Virus record (IMG/VR): IMGVR_UViG_3300027816_000082
Reading direction: 5' to 3' (one strand)
DNA: 37,833 nt
Source: an uncultured virus (IMG/VR IMGVR_UViG_3300027816_000082)
Taxonomy: Duplodnaviria > Heunggongvirae > Uroviricota > Caudoviricetes
Shown in pieces: positions 37,401-37,833 of the stretch. The notes beneath the pieces are model-generated. The model worked only from the letters and a program-made list of their open reading frames with translations, was not told where the DNA came from and did no database searches. The position numbers and the translations under genes are program-made. Positions within the stretch are counted from its first letter, which is position 1; every line of letters starts with the position of its first letter.

Positions 37401-37833
37401 TAGCTGGAAATGCAGGCAGTAGTGGATCATCTGGTACGAGTGGTACTAGTGGTAGTAGTGGAACTGCCGGTACAAGTGGTAGCAGTGGAACTACAGGTAC
37501 AAGTGGTAGCAGTGGAACTACAGGTACAAGTGGTAGCAGTGGTAGCAGTGGTACAAGTGGTACAAGTGGTACAAGTGGTACAAGTGGTAGTAGTGGAACT
37601 GCCGGTACAAGTGGTAGCAGTGGTACAAGTGGTAGCAGTGGTACAAGTGGTACAAGTGGTACAAGTGGTAGTAGTGGAACTGCCGGTACAAGTGGTAGCA
37701 GTGGTACAAGTGGTAGCAGTGGTACAAGTGGTAGCAGTGGTACAAGTGGTACAAGTGGTACAAGTGGTAGTAGTGGAACTGCCGGTACAAGTGGTAGCAG
37801 TGGTACAAGTGGTAGCAGTGGTACAAGTGGTAG
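34415..37833 (+). CDS. Giant Gly-X-Y (Ser/Thr) repeat fibre protein, 3'-truncated, >1139 aa (absent from the ORF track)
   Basis: ATG 4 nt after TATTTATA (34403-34410); MASCNHNICPPNAC..WNFDHNL..IQVYD..GYAIAV, then ~740 aa of GSS/GTS/GTT, a globular insert at ~37030-37415, and further repeats open to the window end. Confidence 0.9.
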   Translation, partial: MASCNHNICPPNACTLTNAIKDYKKARSGINDASLKPFLKIIESLQAEIACGGGGGGNCDSGIYKEFSTPSTIWNFDHNLSSAIVIIQVYDNDFNQLIPTTIELVNSNLALIKFSTNVSGYAIAVKACGNGSSGTSGQTYGTSGSSGSIGTSGTGGSSGTSGTVGSSGSTGSAGTAGTGGSSGTSFGTSGTSGSSGIIGSSGSSGTSGTSGTTGTSGSSGTTGTSGSSGTTGTSGTSGSSGIIGSSGSSGTTGSSGTSGSSGTTGTSGSSGTTGTSGSSGTTGTSGSSGIIGSSGSSGSTGSAGTGGSSGTSFGTSGSSGTTGTSGSCGSSGTTGTSGSSGISGSSGSNGTTGSSGSSGSAGSSGTSGTSGSSGTSGTSGSSGSSGSSGTSGSSGSSGSSGSGGSSGSTGSAGTGGSSGTSFGTSGSSGITGSSGTTGTSGSSGTTGTSGSSGSSGTSGSSGSSGTSGSSGSSGTSGSSGTTGTSGSSGTSGSNGTAGTSGINGSSGSSGTSGSSGTTGTSGSSGTTGTSGSSGTTGTSGSSGSSGTSGSNGTSGTSGSSGSSGTTGTSGSSGTTGTSGSSGTAGTSGSSGTAGTAGTSGSSGTTGTSGSSGTTGTSGSSGTTGTSGSSGSSGTSGSSGSSGTSGSNGTSGTSGSSGTTGTSGSSGTTGTSGSSGTTGTSGSSGTSGSSGTAGTSGSSGSSGSSGSSGSSGSSGSSGTTGTSGSSGSTGSRGSSGSSGSSGTTGTSGSSGTTGTSGSSGTTGTSGSSGTSGSSGSSGTTGTSGSSGTSGSSGSSGTSGSSGSTGSRGSSGTTGTSGSSGSSGTTGTSGSSGSSGSSGSSGSSGTSGTSGTSGTSGTSGTSGTSGTSGSSGSRGQFGGDTMFLVGKQYLPGTPVPTSGSILFYNDNFGTNVSIYVSRYDKFGADYKKWLDTIGTITGSIKAGVKVTDLDTENSFAHYLIRSSSYTTVGGYYTFNVTINTLGPSVGNFPFQSAFTLALAGNAGSSGSSGTSGTSGSSGTAGTSGSSGTTGTSGSSGTTGTSGSSGSSGTSGTSGTSGTSGSSGTAGTSGSSGTSGSSGTSGTSGTSGSSGTAGTSGSSGTSGSSGTSGSSGTSGTSGTSGSSGTAGTSGSSGTSGSSGTSG
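34798..37030 (+). repeat. ~2.2-kb 9-bp-period coding repeat
   Basis: Continuous Gly-X-Y codons, including a perfect (ggcacaagt)8 at 36941-37012. Confidence 0.95.
37415..37833 (+). repeat. Second Gly-X-Y repeat tract with higher-order tandem duplications
   Basis: Recurring ggtagtagtggaactgccggtacaagtggtagcagt blocks. Confidence 0.9.

Noticed and set aside
35442..37826. Val-rich plus-strand and His/Cys/Tyr-rich minus-strand ORFs in the repeats
   Set aside because: Alternative-frame artefacts of the 9-bp repeat, not metal-binding peptides.
34798..37833. Possible CRISPR array or non-coding satellite
   Set aside because: No repeat-spacer structure; variation falls mainly at third codon positions, indicating a coding repeat.
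1..37833. tRNA, rRNA, integrase or diversity-generating retroelement
   Set aside because: No cloverleaf, recombinase, reverse transcriptase or adenine-specific TR/VR pair was seen by eye.

Overview
AT-rich segment of a large T4-like (myovirus, probably jumbo) phage genome covering virion morphogenesis. In order: a very large tail sheath (5'-truncated), small putative internal-head proteins, terminase large subunit, portal, prohead protease, scaffold, major capsid protein, a Mom-like DNA-modification gene, a spanin-like lipoprotein, neck and tail-terminator genes, then a fibre/adhesin region with very long Gly-X-Y (X,Y = Ser/Thr) repeat proteins. The clearest unusual system is a fractured terminase: TerL is encoded in two genes joined by an atypically split intein (35-aa IntN, 114-aa IntC), with a free-standing endonuclease gene between the halves. 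Several unrelated enzymes (flavodoxin-like, ligase-like, GP88 radical-SAM-like) share an N-terminal M(I)KLxxLLxE leader, which suggests capsid packaging and protease maturation. A TATTTATA motif sits 3-6 nt before many start codons, suggesting leaderless late transcripts. Homing endonucleases appear in intact, frameshifted and relic states. Family assignments come from motif recognition only; no searches were run.
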